From Octopus bimaculoides (taxonomy: Eukaryota), in assembly GCF_001194135.2 (NCBI RefSeq), contig NC_068990.1:48396193-48460192 (forward strand): a DNA stretch of 64,000 bases, written 5' to 3'. The position numbers were made by a program, and so were the translations under genes. The notes beneath the pieces are model-generated. The model was not told the DNA's origin and ran no database searches. It worked only from the letters and a program-made list of their open reading frames with translations. Position 1 is the first letter of the stretch. Each line of letters starts with the position of its first letter. Shown here one piece after another: positions 40,085-52,350 of the stretch.

Positions 40085-40917
40085 CAGATACATCACTTCA
40101 TGGCCATCTTGAGCTCAGAACTCACCAAGGTCAATTTTCATTGTCATCAACATGTTTCAAGGTATTCGTTCTAGTTCTTTACATTCTGAGTTCAAATCCT
40201 ACCAAGGCCAACTTTGCTTTGCATCCTTTTTTAACCAATAAAATATAGTACCAGTCAAGTACTAGGGTTAATAGTATGGACTAATCCCTTCCCTTCAAAA
40301 CCTGCTGACCTTATGTCTAAATCAGAAACAAGTACAAAATATGCCTTGCAGTGTTTCTTCTGGCTCTTTATATTCTGAGCTCAACTTTGCCTTTTACCTC
40401 TCCAGGGTCAATAAAATAAATTACCAGTCAAGCAGGTTGATAGATTCAACTAATCCTCTCCCCTCAAAATTGCTGGTCTTGTGCCTGAATCAAAAACCAT
40501 TAAGGGCAGTTGATCAGTAAAATCATTTGAGCATTGAGAAAAAAATGCCTTGTGGTGCTTGTTTAATTTTCCAGGGTTGATAGAATAAAGTGACAATCAA
40601 TGGGATTAATGGAATAATGGTATTGACTACCCTTCTCACTCTCAAAATTTCTGGCCTTGTCCCTAAATAAGAAAACATTATCATTTGAATTAGAATTAGA
40701 GAGAATTTGAATTAGCAGTGAGCTGGCAGAATCATTAGCATGCTGGACAAAATCCTTAGTGGTATTTCGCCCCATTCTGAGTTCAAATTCCACCGAGGTC
40801 GACTTTGCCTTTCATCCTTTCAAGGTTGATAAAATAAGTACCAGTTGTATACTGAGGTCAATGTAATCAACTCATTCTTTTCCCCAAAATTGCTGCCCTT
40901 GTGGCAAAGTTTGAAAC

Positions 40918-40951
<34 letters not shown>
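40085..40951 (+). mobile_element. Head-to-tail chain of ~4 SINE family A copies ending in (ATT)n
   Basis: ttctgagttcaaat..caactttgc..aaaataa..accagtcaag..caaaa..gctg repeats at ~40185, ~40375, ~40530 and ~40715; the last copy has the A-box tggcagaatcattagc. Confidence 0.8.
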
Positions 40952-41508
40952 GAGTAAGAGAGCAATGCATGACATCAAAGTGACACTGGGATAAAATATA
41001 CAAAGCCCAATATACCCATCATGACTACTCATCTGATAAGGATACACCAGGTACATGCATCACAACCATATGTGCGTGACATGGTGATCTTATATAAAGA
41101 TAAACAGTGCATGACCTTGCAGCTGGGGCCCAGTTAGAATTTTCTTTGGGTTGAGTAGTCTATCCCACTCAAAAGGTGCCTGAATAAAGTTTATTTAAGG
41201 ACAATGAACAAAAAACTCATGTTTCCAGAGGTCAATTCTTCGAATCCCAAGGAATTCCTCTAAACACATGGCTATGATGCTCCCCAACTACTTCTGCTCA
41301 TGATCAGAGATGCACGCATTGTCAGCTACTAAGGGACATGCCCAAATGGTTTTGGTCAAGCAACTGATAAGCAAAACTATGGTATGAAGCAGGTAATTTG
41401 CTGTAGCCCATCTTTTATACCAAGACAAAACAATGTACATGATAACACTTCCAATTAGTTAAGATGAGAAGCCATGAGAGCCACTACTTGGTACTGTATC
41501 TGGACATT
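40952..41508. mobile_element. Interspersed repeat family D, copy 2 (longer), between (ATT)n tracts
   Basis: Colinear with 13185-13598. Confidence 0.85.
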
Positions 41509-41518
41509 TCTATTGCAT

Positions 41519-41656
<138 letters not shown>

Positions 41657-42466
41657 TAGCCACAGATATTACAATTGTGCAAAAGAATGTTTGAAACAAT
41701 TAATGAATATAATTTTACCAACATGATTATTTTTGTTGTTTACTAAGTAGTAACTAAGTAAAAGTCTTTTTTAAAAAAAATATAAATAAATCATTGACAA
41801 ATATTTAAGATTATAAAAGAAAAATAACTATTCAAGATTTATAATTCTTCTATGTATTATATTTTTACCAAATAAGCATCTGCTCAAAGAAAATATTTTA
41901 GTATTTTTGAGAAAATTCAGATATTATTTGAAGAAGGAAAAAGTTTAAAAAAAGAAAATTATAATTTGCCCGTTATTGTTTTTTGTGAAACAATTTCCAG
42001 AGGAGATAAAAAATAAAATAATAAACTATTTACAAATGAAAACTTTCAACTGTTTAAGAAAATGGAATTTAGAAAAATCTACAACTAGTGGCTAAAGAAT
42101 TAGAGGTGGCATTTAAAAGCATTCAAAGATATGTTTTCATTAATTGCCCGATTTCTTAAAAATAACAAGTAAACAAAAACATTAGTAGAATTGTATATAT
42201 TTTAAAGGACAAACCTATCTCTTGCATGATATTGGTGACAAGAATGTTTTTGTTTTTACTCTTTTAATCAGGAAGGAAATCAGTATTCGTGGCTCTTTGA
42301 AGAACCTCCAAGACTAATGGGAAAGAAGGAGAGATGGAAGAGGGAGGTATCCTAAAACTGAAGACCTACCTCAAATAGTGTTGAATAGTGACTTATTAAA
42401 TCTGAACCCAAGTAAGCCAGTCAGATTTGAACTGAAAATGCAAAGAAATGGAACTAATACTGCAAG

Positions 42467-42511
<45 letters not shown>

Positions 42512-43775
42512 TAGCCACAGATATTACAATTATGCAAAAGAATGTTTGAAACAATTAATGAATATAGTGTTTAATGTTCTTGATGATGGCAGTTTCATCA
42601 TGTCTGAAAAACATGAAGAAGAACAGCACAACCTCAAATAGCTATATAAACTGATTCTTGAGTAGCAAGGCTTTTCTGCACTTAGTTTTCTCCCTGCTTA
42701 CACTTAGAGTTAGTCCACACAATCTGATCCCACTCTTTAGACTTGAAGGTCAGACCTTAGTGGCTCAGTAGGCTAAGATGGTTGCAGTGATTGGCAAGCT
42801 GCAGGTTTTACATTGGAGTAGCCTTCTAGGTGAATTATCTTAGAGAGCTGGAGAGTTACACCTACTCTGATTTAACGCTCTTACATTTCTACCAATCCAA
42901 CATTGAAAAGTGGTGTTCTTTTAATCAATCTTCGAAGAATGAAAAACAAAGTTGACCACGACAGGATTTGATCTCAGAGCACAGTAAATCAATTCACCAG
43001 ACTCAAAGTTGAAATCAATAACAAAGCATAACTGTTGGGTTCAATTGAACATTACATTAGTTTTTATCTGATGAACATTTGATTAAAGGTTGCAGTATAT
43101 TATAACCTTTATGAGAATTTTCTGTAATACAACATCAATTTTAGATGAAACCATAAAATCTACACTTCCCATAAATTTAACCATATTAATCATAACAAAA
43201 TTAATATCCAGGGGATTGATAATTCAGAATGACAGCAGAAAGTCTTTGATCCAGCTAAACATTAGCTGAGTGGAAATGACATTGGGAGAGAAGCAAAAGC
43301 AAAGTTGTCTTCCAAACATTTCTAAATCATAGCTTTATACATAAAAAATACACTTCCAAATTCATCATAAACATCCTTGAAACCTGCCCCAAAAGGCATA
43401 AAATGTTACTGAAAGATAAATACTGAAAATAATTATGTCAATAATACTAGATAAAAATGACTGATATCTTTAAAGATCTTAATATTATTAATACATTTAT
43501 ATAAAAGACTTATAATAATAGTCAATATATTTAGATACAAGAGCAGCTTCAATTGAATTCAATACAATATTTTCATTGTATTTTACTATAAACCTTTCTC
43601 ATACAAGTTTATGAGAGATACAATGGATGTATATACTATCTCTTCATAATTCAAGCCTCATCACCTTGGACAAATGACGTAGTTCTTTGACCCTATCAGA
43701 TCTGTTGGTCGTAAAATATCTGGAAATATTCTCAGTATTGTTATAATAGCCTTAAATGATCAAATAATTATAGGC

Positions 43776-43818
<43 letters not shown>

Positions 43819-44394
43819 GCAAGCAATAAGAATACTGTGTACTTAGTAATTTATAAACTCTACTAATGTTATAAAAAATACTATCTCTAAAATATACATA
43901 GCTTTCCATGTTTAAATAAGCTAATAACAACAGTTATGTGAGATTTCAGAGACCTCCCTTTATCTCATCAAATAAAAATGTAAGCAGAACAAACTAGTAT
44001 TGATTTTCCCCACAACACTACAAAATTGGAAATATCCTAGTCTATATGGTAGGTGTAAATGCTTGACATAACACTGCTATCTCTCAATAAATCTTTACCA
44101 AATTTGGCATGACGGTTTAAATGCAACCCAAAACAGTACATATACAAAAATCTAGTGTTTGAGGCTCTCTTGGTGTAAAACAAGGAGGAGTCAAAGAAAA
44201 GATATAGTAAATTGTTAAGAGTGAGAGACAGAATAAACATAGGCAGTTGAGTAGGAGTGTTAGTAGGAGGTACATAAATATTCTTAAATATGTTTTCAGT
44301 TTGTGATAGTAAACTGTTTTTCTTTCCCCTTCAGTTTCTCTTTAATCTCTTTGTGCATCTCTGATACACATAGACACTCTTTCTCAATATATAT

Positions 44395-44424
<30 letters not shown>

Positions 44425-44428
<4 letters not shown>

Positions 44429-44703
44429 TATTTATATAAGCTTAAAGCTTATGGCGATCACCGTGCAATGACAAAGGAAAATAGTCTAACAAAGGGGCAT
44501 ATAAACCAACAACAGGAAAATGAAGGCTTTCCTATCCACATGGGACTTGAATCCACATCCCTTGTTAATGCGACTAAGTGTGTTACCTTTAAAGGTAACA
44601 CACTTCTTTTTTCTGTCAAGGGCTTATATGCCCCTTTATTAGACTATTTTCCTTAGTCATCGCACGGTGATAACCATAAGCTTTAAGTTTATATAAATAC
44701 CAT
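44425..44703. mobile_element. MITE with ~80-bp TIRs and an internal perfect 28-bp palindrome
   Basis: atggtatttatataagcttaaagcttatggcgatcaccgtgc...ggggcatataa is mirrored at the right end; agtgtgttaccttt|aaaggtaacacact at 44577-44604. Confidence 0.88.
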
Positions 44704-44749
44704 TATTATTATTTACAGGATTGTAAAACACAACACTGTATAACAAAAT

Positions 44750-44787
<38 letters not shown>

Positions 44788-44789
44788 AA

Positions 44790-44925
44790 TAGATGTGTGT
44801 ATTTTTCCCTTGTTAACAATTAACACGGAAAAAATAGATAAATAGTTACCAGGGTAGCAAAAAAATCACACAAGTTAAAAGGGTGTAACTCCTTGTTTTT
44901 AAAGGTAGAAACTCCAAACTTACGT
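44790..44925 (-). repeat. Interspersed repeat homologous to 63310-63440 (putative Penelope pLTR piece)
   Basis: tttctacctt ... ttgtgtga..tttttgctac.ctggtaactatttat is shared in opposite orientation. Confidence 0.7.
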
Positions 44926-45572
44926 GAAATATATATATATGTATATAAGACAACATATATATATATGGTGGGGATGCAGTACTCCAGCATGGCTAGAAAC
45001 AGAGAGCAAACAACACCAGCAATAGCAAATCTGAGTGAAGTAATTAAAGTTTTGCTATGATAGACTTTTTTCCTTCAATATAATGCATTCCTATCTTCAG
45101 ATTATTTACTTACTAACCTATAGTTTACTTTAAACAATTGAACCGAAGTAAATTATGTAACACATGCCTTGCTGAATGGACATGACATTACCAATGTTTT
45201 GTCTATTTGTGCTACTTTTATTAATATCCCAACACAATGTTATAAACATGAGCCTGTCTAAAACATGTCTAAAACATTGGGCAGCATTAATTAGCAAGTC
45301 TGAATGGAATAAGCTCCTTAGAATAAATACACACAGAAATCGAAAACCAAAAATATAAAAGCAAAATATCTAATGAACTCAAACTTCTTTAGGCAGTGGA
45401 TTAGCAAAATTATTAGAGCATAAAACAAAATGCCTGCAGTATTTAGTAATTTTCTATAGTTCTTAGTTCAAATCCTGCTGAAGATGACCTCATTTTTTAT
45501 CCTTTCAGGATAAATAAAATGAAATAGCAGTCAAGTAATTAGTACTAGGGTAGATTTGATATTTCTATAAAG

Positions 45573-45803
45573 CAGCGGTTCTCAACCATTTTCTTTTTTA
45601 CACCTACAAGCTTCTCTGATTCCTCTTTTACTCAGGTATTCAATATTTTAAAAATCTTATTAAATTTTTATAATTATAATATTAAAAAAAATTGCTAAAA
45701 TGTTTGGTGTATTGTTGAAATATAACCAATTTATTGCACATAATTTTTAACAGAAAAATCTTATATAGACCTCCAAAGGTCATATAGACCCTGAGAATCA
45801 CTG
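45573..45803. mobile_element. hAT-like MITE
   Basis: TIR cagcggttctca / tgagaatcactg; TSD degraded. Confidence 0.65.
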
Positions 45804-47042
45804 TTACAAATGCATCATAAATTTGAAATGAATTATGCTAGACAATGGACCTGAGGTTTTCAATTCAGTAAACTATTTTTAAGTAAAAATACTTTTTTGT
45901 TATTGTATAGAAAATAATTAAAATTACTGATAATTTACTTTCATTAAGCAATAAGAAATATTAAGTAATTTCAAACATATGACATAAAGAAAATGTTTAT
46001 AAACTATTTATTTTAAATTTCTGATATTCTCACTTGCAAAGATCTTCATGCAAGTTTAAGTTTTGATTGTTCACTGATCTTCACACATACATGGGTGCAG
46101 GCATGTTCAGCAAGCATTTTCAACTATAGTCCAAGGTTGACCAATATTATGTAGGCAGAATTAGCAGGCAGAAACTGTATGGAAACCTTTTTTTGTGTGT
46201 GTGTATGTGTGTGTGTGTGTGCATGCATGTGTGTATGTGTGTGTGCATGCATGCAAATGTTTCATTTTGTATCATCTTTGCATGAAATCTCATGTACAAA
46301 AATGGTGGCATGTTGAAAATTTTCTGCTAATAAATTATCCTGTAGCACAACACTTGTGCAAGTGAAATAGAAATTCCTTACTTATGAAACTGATATAGTG
46401 ACAGGAAGTGTATCTAGCTGTAAGAAAAAATTCCACAATAATATGTCTTTGTCTAACCTGTATTAGCATGGGAAAATGGATGCTAAACAAATGAATGAAT
46501 GAACAAAAGAAAACTGGAACAATTATCAAGCAGTACCTCTCAGTTATTTACAAGTTATACAAAGTGGAACTCAGTGTTCTACATCCTCAGGACACACACA
46601 GAAACAAACTGTTCTTCTCCATCCATCTAGTTTCATTAAGAAATATTTTAGTGGAACGAAACACTAAATTGTCATATCTCTTTACCCCAATCACATATGT
46701 TGATTCCACTTATTTTTATCTCAGCAACATTTTCCTTTCACACTACATATGTAATACAAAAAGAATAATAATTCAAGAACAAATGTATTACACTATTTTT
46801 ACAAAGTCTTGTTTTTTTCTCTGTTATCAATGATTGATTTCTTTTTTTTTTTTTTTCATGTATGAATTACTTTACTATTCAGACTAGCAATTCTGAACTT
46901 TTGAAATACATACTATTCAAGCATGCTAGCATATTAGCTTATCATAACACTTAGGCCAATAGAGATCTACATTTCTGGTGGCACATGAAAAATAAGCGTA
47001 CTTAAAACAATACATTGCTACTGGTTCTATAATATTTTCTAC

Positions 47043-47520
<478 letters not shown>

Positions 47521-48138
47521 AAATACTCATCATCTCATGAGCTAAATAGAGGCATCACTTTGTTCTTGGATTCTATATTTCTATAAATACTTAGCAGCAA
47601 ACATAAGCAAAAATAATTGCTAAATCCATGCAGATTTCTTACATTAAAGCATGCAAACTTTTGACACACACACACACACACACATACATACATACATACA
47701 GAAAGAGAAAGACATATATATATACATATGCATACATATATATACATATACATACATATATACACATATATATTCATATACATACACACACATACAATAT
47801 ACACATGACACACAGGTGTACACACACATACATATATGTATGTATCTGCACACAAACACCAACCTCTATTTCAAGTCAGTTTATAAGCACACACAAAAGA
47901 GAGAAAAAAAAAACTATAAAAATTTACTATCTACTGTATTTCATCTTCAAGCTAAATTGCAGGAAAAGATCTTTTGTTGTTTTCTGTTTTGTTTTCCCAC
48001 CACATCTATCCATTCCTGCCAAGATGTAAGGAAATAATTTGATCCAAGCTTTTCGCTGTATAAACCCACTATATCAGAGTGATGTCAGTTTACAATCAGC
48101 AGGAAAGAGTAACATACACACATATGTATGTACTCACT

Positions 48139-48185
<47 letters not shown>

Positions 48186-48965
48186 CTATAAAACGGAAAG
48201 AGTAAAGGCAGTGCGTACAGCAAGAGAGAATGAGAGAGTAGTACAATAAACTAGTTCAAGAGGGCGACAGAATTAACTCAGAGAAAAGAAAGGCAAAACT
48301 GATGAAAGCCAATAATTGATTTATTGATTATTACTTTGAACAGTGTCTTGTTAATTTTTTTGTGTTTTTGTTTTTACTTATCTTTAAAGATGTTACTAAA
48401 AGATGTTTTACAGTCAATAAATAAAATTAAAAGGGTGAGTGAAATGTTATCAATATTACAAAAGTATATAAGAAGGAAATATATAAGCCTATTGTAAATT
48501 TACAGTTTAAGTTGTTTGACAAATCATCTAATAGAAGAAGCTGCCTCACTAAGTTTCTTTGGAAGACAGTTATGGCTTCCTTTCTTGAGATGATCGATTT
48601 GCTTTAAAATACTTACTATTTCACTACACAATGACACTGTAAAAATATAACCTCTTCTTGTTAACCATTTAAGGCCACAATAAAACATTTGTAGGGCTAT
48701 TGTCAATTAACAAAATGCTTATTCTCTTTCTCTCTATCTATCTCTCTATCTCTCTATCTCTCTCTCTCTCTTTCTCTCTCACTGGAACAGGTAAAGTTGT
48801 TTTGTTAAATACTTGTGATGAAATATGAACTTACAAAATGCAAAAACTATATATATATATATGTATGTCTATATGCTGCATAGTTTCCATAGATTTGTAT
48901 AATGTTAGGTGCAAATATATTTAATTTAAATCATTGTTTCCAGTGCCCTTTTCTATCAAATTTAA

Positions 48966-49160
48966 TATTCTTTTACTTGTTTCAGTCATCTGACTGCAGC
49001 CATGCCAGAGCACCGCCTTTAATCGAACAAATCAACCCTACAACTTATTCCTTGTAAGCCTAGTACTTATTCTATCGGTCTATTTTGCTAAACCACTAAG
49101 TTACAGGGACGTAAACACACCAACATTGGTGTCAAGCAATGGTAGTGGGGACAAACACAG

Positions 49161-49194
<34 letters not shown>

Positions 49195-49311
49195 GACAAG
49201 CTTCTTTCAGTTTCTATCTACCAAATTCAGTCACAAGGTTTTGGCCCAATGTGCCGTACAGTGGGACTGAACCCAGAACCATGTGGTTGGGAAGCAAGCT
49301 TCTTACCACAG
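48966..49311 (-). mobile_element. SINE family B copy, inverted relative to 47043-47520
   Basis: tcttttacttgtttcagtc ... gcttctttcagtttctatctaccaaatt ... gggactgaacccagaaccatgtggttgg. Confidence 0.85.
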
Positions 49312-49451
49312 AGCCAAAAGAAAATATAATAGACCTCAAAATATTGTTATTGCATAATATTAATTTTTTTTTTTTTTTTACGAAATATTTCTCAAACAAC
49401 TACTTAGATAAAACACACACACTAAATATGATTTTTATTCATTTTAGTAAT

Positions 49452-49783
49452 CAAGAATCTTGTAGAGAATTCTTTGGAGGAATTTCAACCATGTTTCGTG
49501 GTCTGCTACCACAACAGCTCCTTTATAGGATCCAGTTAGCTCAAGACATCATCAGGAGGAACCACGTCCAGTTTTGGCCCCTACTCCTCTACCCTTTTGA
49601 CGTGGTGGGGCCCCTCCTTTCGGAGGTGTCTTCAGCTCTGGTGTTGGGTACATGTCTTCTTTCACTGTTTGTGACTGTTCTAATTCAACTGTGGAATGTC
49701 CCTCGCTATGGCTATTTTCCAGGAGGTTCTGGCCACACGTCTTACGGTTCATCAACCTGCGTTGTTGAATTACTTTCTTCTGA
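49452..49783 (-). mobile_element. Possible N-terminal region of an RLE-type (HERO-like) retroelement
   Basis: GC-rich; ENSHSEGHSTVEL...ADHETWLKFLQRILYKIL with two in-frame stops; resemblance judged from memory. Confidence 0.4.
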
Positions 49784-50317
49784 NNNNNNNNNNNNNNNNN
49801 NNNNNNNNNNNNNNNNNNNNNNNNNNNNNNNNNNNNNNNNNNNNNNNNNNNNNNNNNNNNNNNNNNNNNNNNNNNNNNNNNNNNNNNNNNNNNNNNNNNN
49901 NNNNNNNNNNNNNNNNNNNNNNNNNNNNNNNNNNNNNNNNNNNNNNNNNNNNNNNNNNNNNNNNNNNNNNNNNNNNNNNNNNNNNNNNNNNNNNNNNNNN
50001 NNNNNNNNNNNNNNNNNNNNNNNNNNNNNNNNNNNNNNNNNNNNNNNNNNNNNNNNNNNNNNNNNNNNNNNNNNNNNNNNNNNNNNNNNNNNNNNNNNNN
50101 NNNNNNNNNNNNNNNNNNNNNNNNNNNNNNNNNNNNNNNNNNNNNNNNNNNNNNNNNNNNNNNNNNNNNNNNNNNNNNNNNNNNNNNNNNNNNNNNNNNN
50201 NNNNNNNNNNNNNNNNNNNNNNNNNNNNNNNNNNNNNNNNNNNNNNNNNNNNNNNNNNNNNNNNNNNNNNNNNNNNNNNNNNNNNNNNNNNNNNNNNNNN
50301 NNNNNNNNNNNNNNNNA

Positions 50318-50697
50318 ATGGAGGGCGCGAAGCCACTTCAGTGTTAGCCTGTCTCACCTAGATATGTTATGAGTTTCAAGCCATATTCGGTCTTCCCGCT
50401 TCAGCCATATATAGAAGCTGGCTTTTTCGACCGCCTCCTGTATCCTCCTTATCAGTTTTCTCAGTTCCGAGTTTGAAAACGCAAATCTTCTCTTGAATAG
50501 CGTTGTCATTTTTCTTTCAATGAAGCCTCTAGCCCCCACTGCCAGATGGTAGTACTCGACAGTCCATCCCTGTTCTCTGTACTCTTCGATTAGTTTTTCA
50601 TATCTCTTCTCCTTTCGTTTCTCTGCATTGTCGATGTTTTCTTCCCATGGTACTGTCAGTTCTAGCAAGATTCCTATTCTCTGTTCTGTATAATCAC
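50318..50697 (-). mobile_element. 5'-truncated non-LTR retrotransposon 3' end with a restriction-like endonuclease (HERO/R2-group)
   Basis: ILLELTVPWEENIDNAEKRKEKRYEKL...GWTVEYYHLAVGARGF...EKASFYIWLKR, the typical ELTVPWE / K..KY..L / VG.RGF RLE motifs. Confidence 0.88.
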
Positions 50698-51189
50698 AAC
50701 GTTTGTAACTGCCATGCCAGTTTTAAAATGTGCCATATTTTATAAAACCACAATCATTAGTTTTAGAGCTTCTAAACATATCATTACATGCAACTTTTTT
50801 TTGGCAATTTTAAAATAATCACTGTATTTATGTTAACATTTTTAAATGGTTATAAACCCTAAGAGACTGCAAACTCATTTCTTTCTAACAGATCTCCTTC
50901 ATTCACTTAATGCTTCCAGACAATCTTAATCCTATTTTAGTAATCTTACTTCTTCTTTCAAATTTAATTTATTCTATGAGTCATTTAAATTTCTATTTTG
51001 CTAGGATTGCAAATTTAGCTGAGATATCTCCTTTGACTTAAAAGTCATCTTAAGTGTAGCCAATACCAAATTTATGAAAATCTATGTCAGCAGTTTGAGT
51101 ATTCTGACTTTTCTAAAAATATAATTTCTCATCCATATAACTATAAAAATAATTTACTGAAGATTCACTTATCCATCATTTCTTTCTAC

Positions 51190-51905
51190 AATAGGCACAA
51201 GGCCTGGAATCTGGCAGGAGGAGCCAGTTGGTTACATCATCCCCAGTACTCAACTGATAGTTAGTTTGTTTTATTGATCCCAAAAGGATGAAAGGCAAAG
51301 TTGACCTCAGCAGCATTTAACTACAGAATGTAAAGCTGGAAGAAATGCCATTAAACATTTTGTTTGTATGCAAATGTTTCTGTCAGCTTGCCACTCTTCA
51401 TATCAATGGTGTGCCCTAGCATGGCCATAGCCTATGGTCTGGACTGCAAATGAATATAAAAATACATGAAATAACATGTTCAATAATAACTTTCTACTAT
51501 GGATGCAAAACCTGAAATTTGGAGGAGGGGGATGGTGCTAATCCATTACATCGATCCCAGTACTCAACTGGCACTTATCTTATCAACCTTGAAAGGATGA
51601 AAGGAAAAGCTGATTCCAGTGGGATTTGAACTCAAAACATAAAATGTCAAAAGAAATAAAAAGTCAAAAGCATTTTATCTGACATATTAGCTATTCAATA
51701 TTAATAATTTTTCTTTCTACTTTAGCACAAGGCCTGGAATTTTGGAGGGGGAGGCAAGTCAATTACATTGACACCAGTGCTCAACTGGTACTTATTTTAT
51801 CAACCCTGAAAGGATGAAAAGGCAAAGTTGACCTCGGTAGAATTTGAACTCAGATTGTAAAGCATCAGAAGAAATGTCACTAAGCATTTTGTCCGATGCA
51901 CTAAG
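51190..51905 (-). mobile_element. Chain of 3 SINE family A copies
   Basis: ggcacaaggcctgg..ccagtactcaactg..aaaggatgaaaggcaaag..gaactc repeated three times. Confidence 0.85.
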
Positions 51906-52244
51906 CATTAAACATGTCCAGTAATAATGATAGCAACAGTAATAAGTTAGGAAAACAGATTTTAAAAAGGCTGAAAATATGACAGCAGAAATTAAAAATT
52001 ATAAAATAAGAGAATTTATTAAACAATTTTACAGCTGTTTGCTGTCTGCTGGTTAAGCCTCTATAATACAGCAGGTAATATAGTCATTTTTTAAGCTTAG
52101 TAAAATGTAGGCTCCTTCTGATCTTTCTTAATCTACTTCTGCCTCAATTAGCAAATTAATTTTCCAACTAAGTTGCCAGTGACATTTATAAACCCATTAC
52201 TACACTTCCTAAATAAAACTAATTAAGGTGTACAGCCAAGTGAT

Positions 52245-52350
52245 TACAGAGTTGGGTTCATGATCACAAGTTTGGGAATTCAGTTCCTGGATTGAGCAGC
52301 GCATTGTATCCTTGAGCAAGGTACTTCATTTCATGTTGCTCCAGTCAAGT
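52245..52350 (+). mobile_element. Fragment of a further SINE family (ccttgagcaag core); a minus-strand relative lies at ~39440-39560
   Basis: ttcagttcctgg...tgtatccttgagcaaggtacttcatttcatgttgctccagtc. Confidence 0.55.

Noticed and set aside
40715-40800. tRNA gene call for SINE heads (also 47043, 63840)
   Set aside because: A and B boxes are present but there is no cloverleaf, and each continues into a SINE body
42273-42346. + strand exon-like segment EGNQYSWLFEEPPRLMGKKERWKRE, and a similar one at ~53060-53175
   Set aside because: The two share DNA similarity (gaa.ctccaa.act.atgg.a.aga), suggesting a decayed repeat family rather than exons
46500-46620. TKWNSVFYIL resembling the hAT TRWNS motif, and YHSEARW at ~55700 (minus)
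   Set aside because: Single short motifs with no other transposase blocks or TIRs
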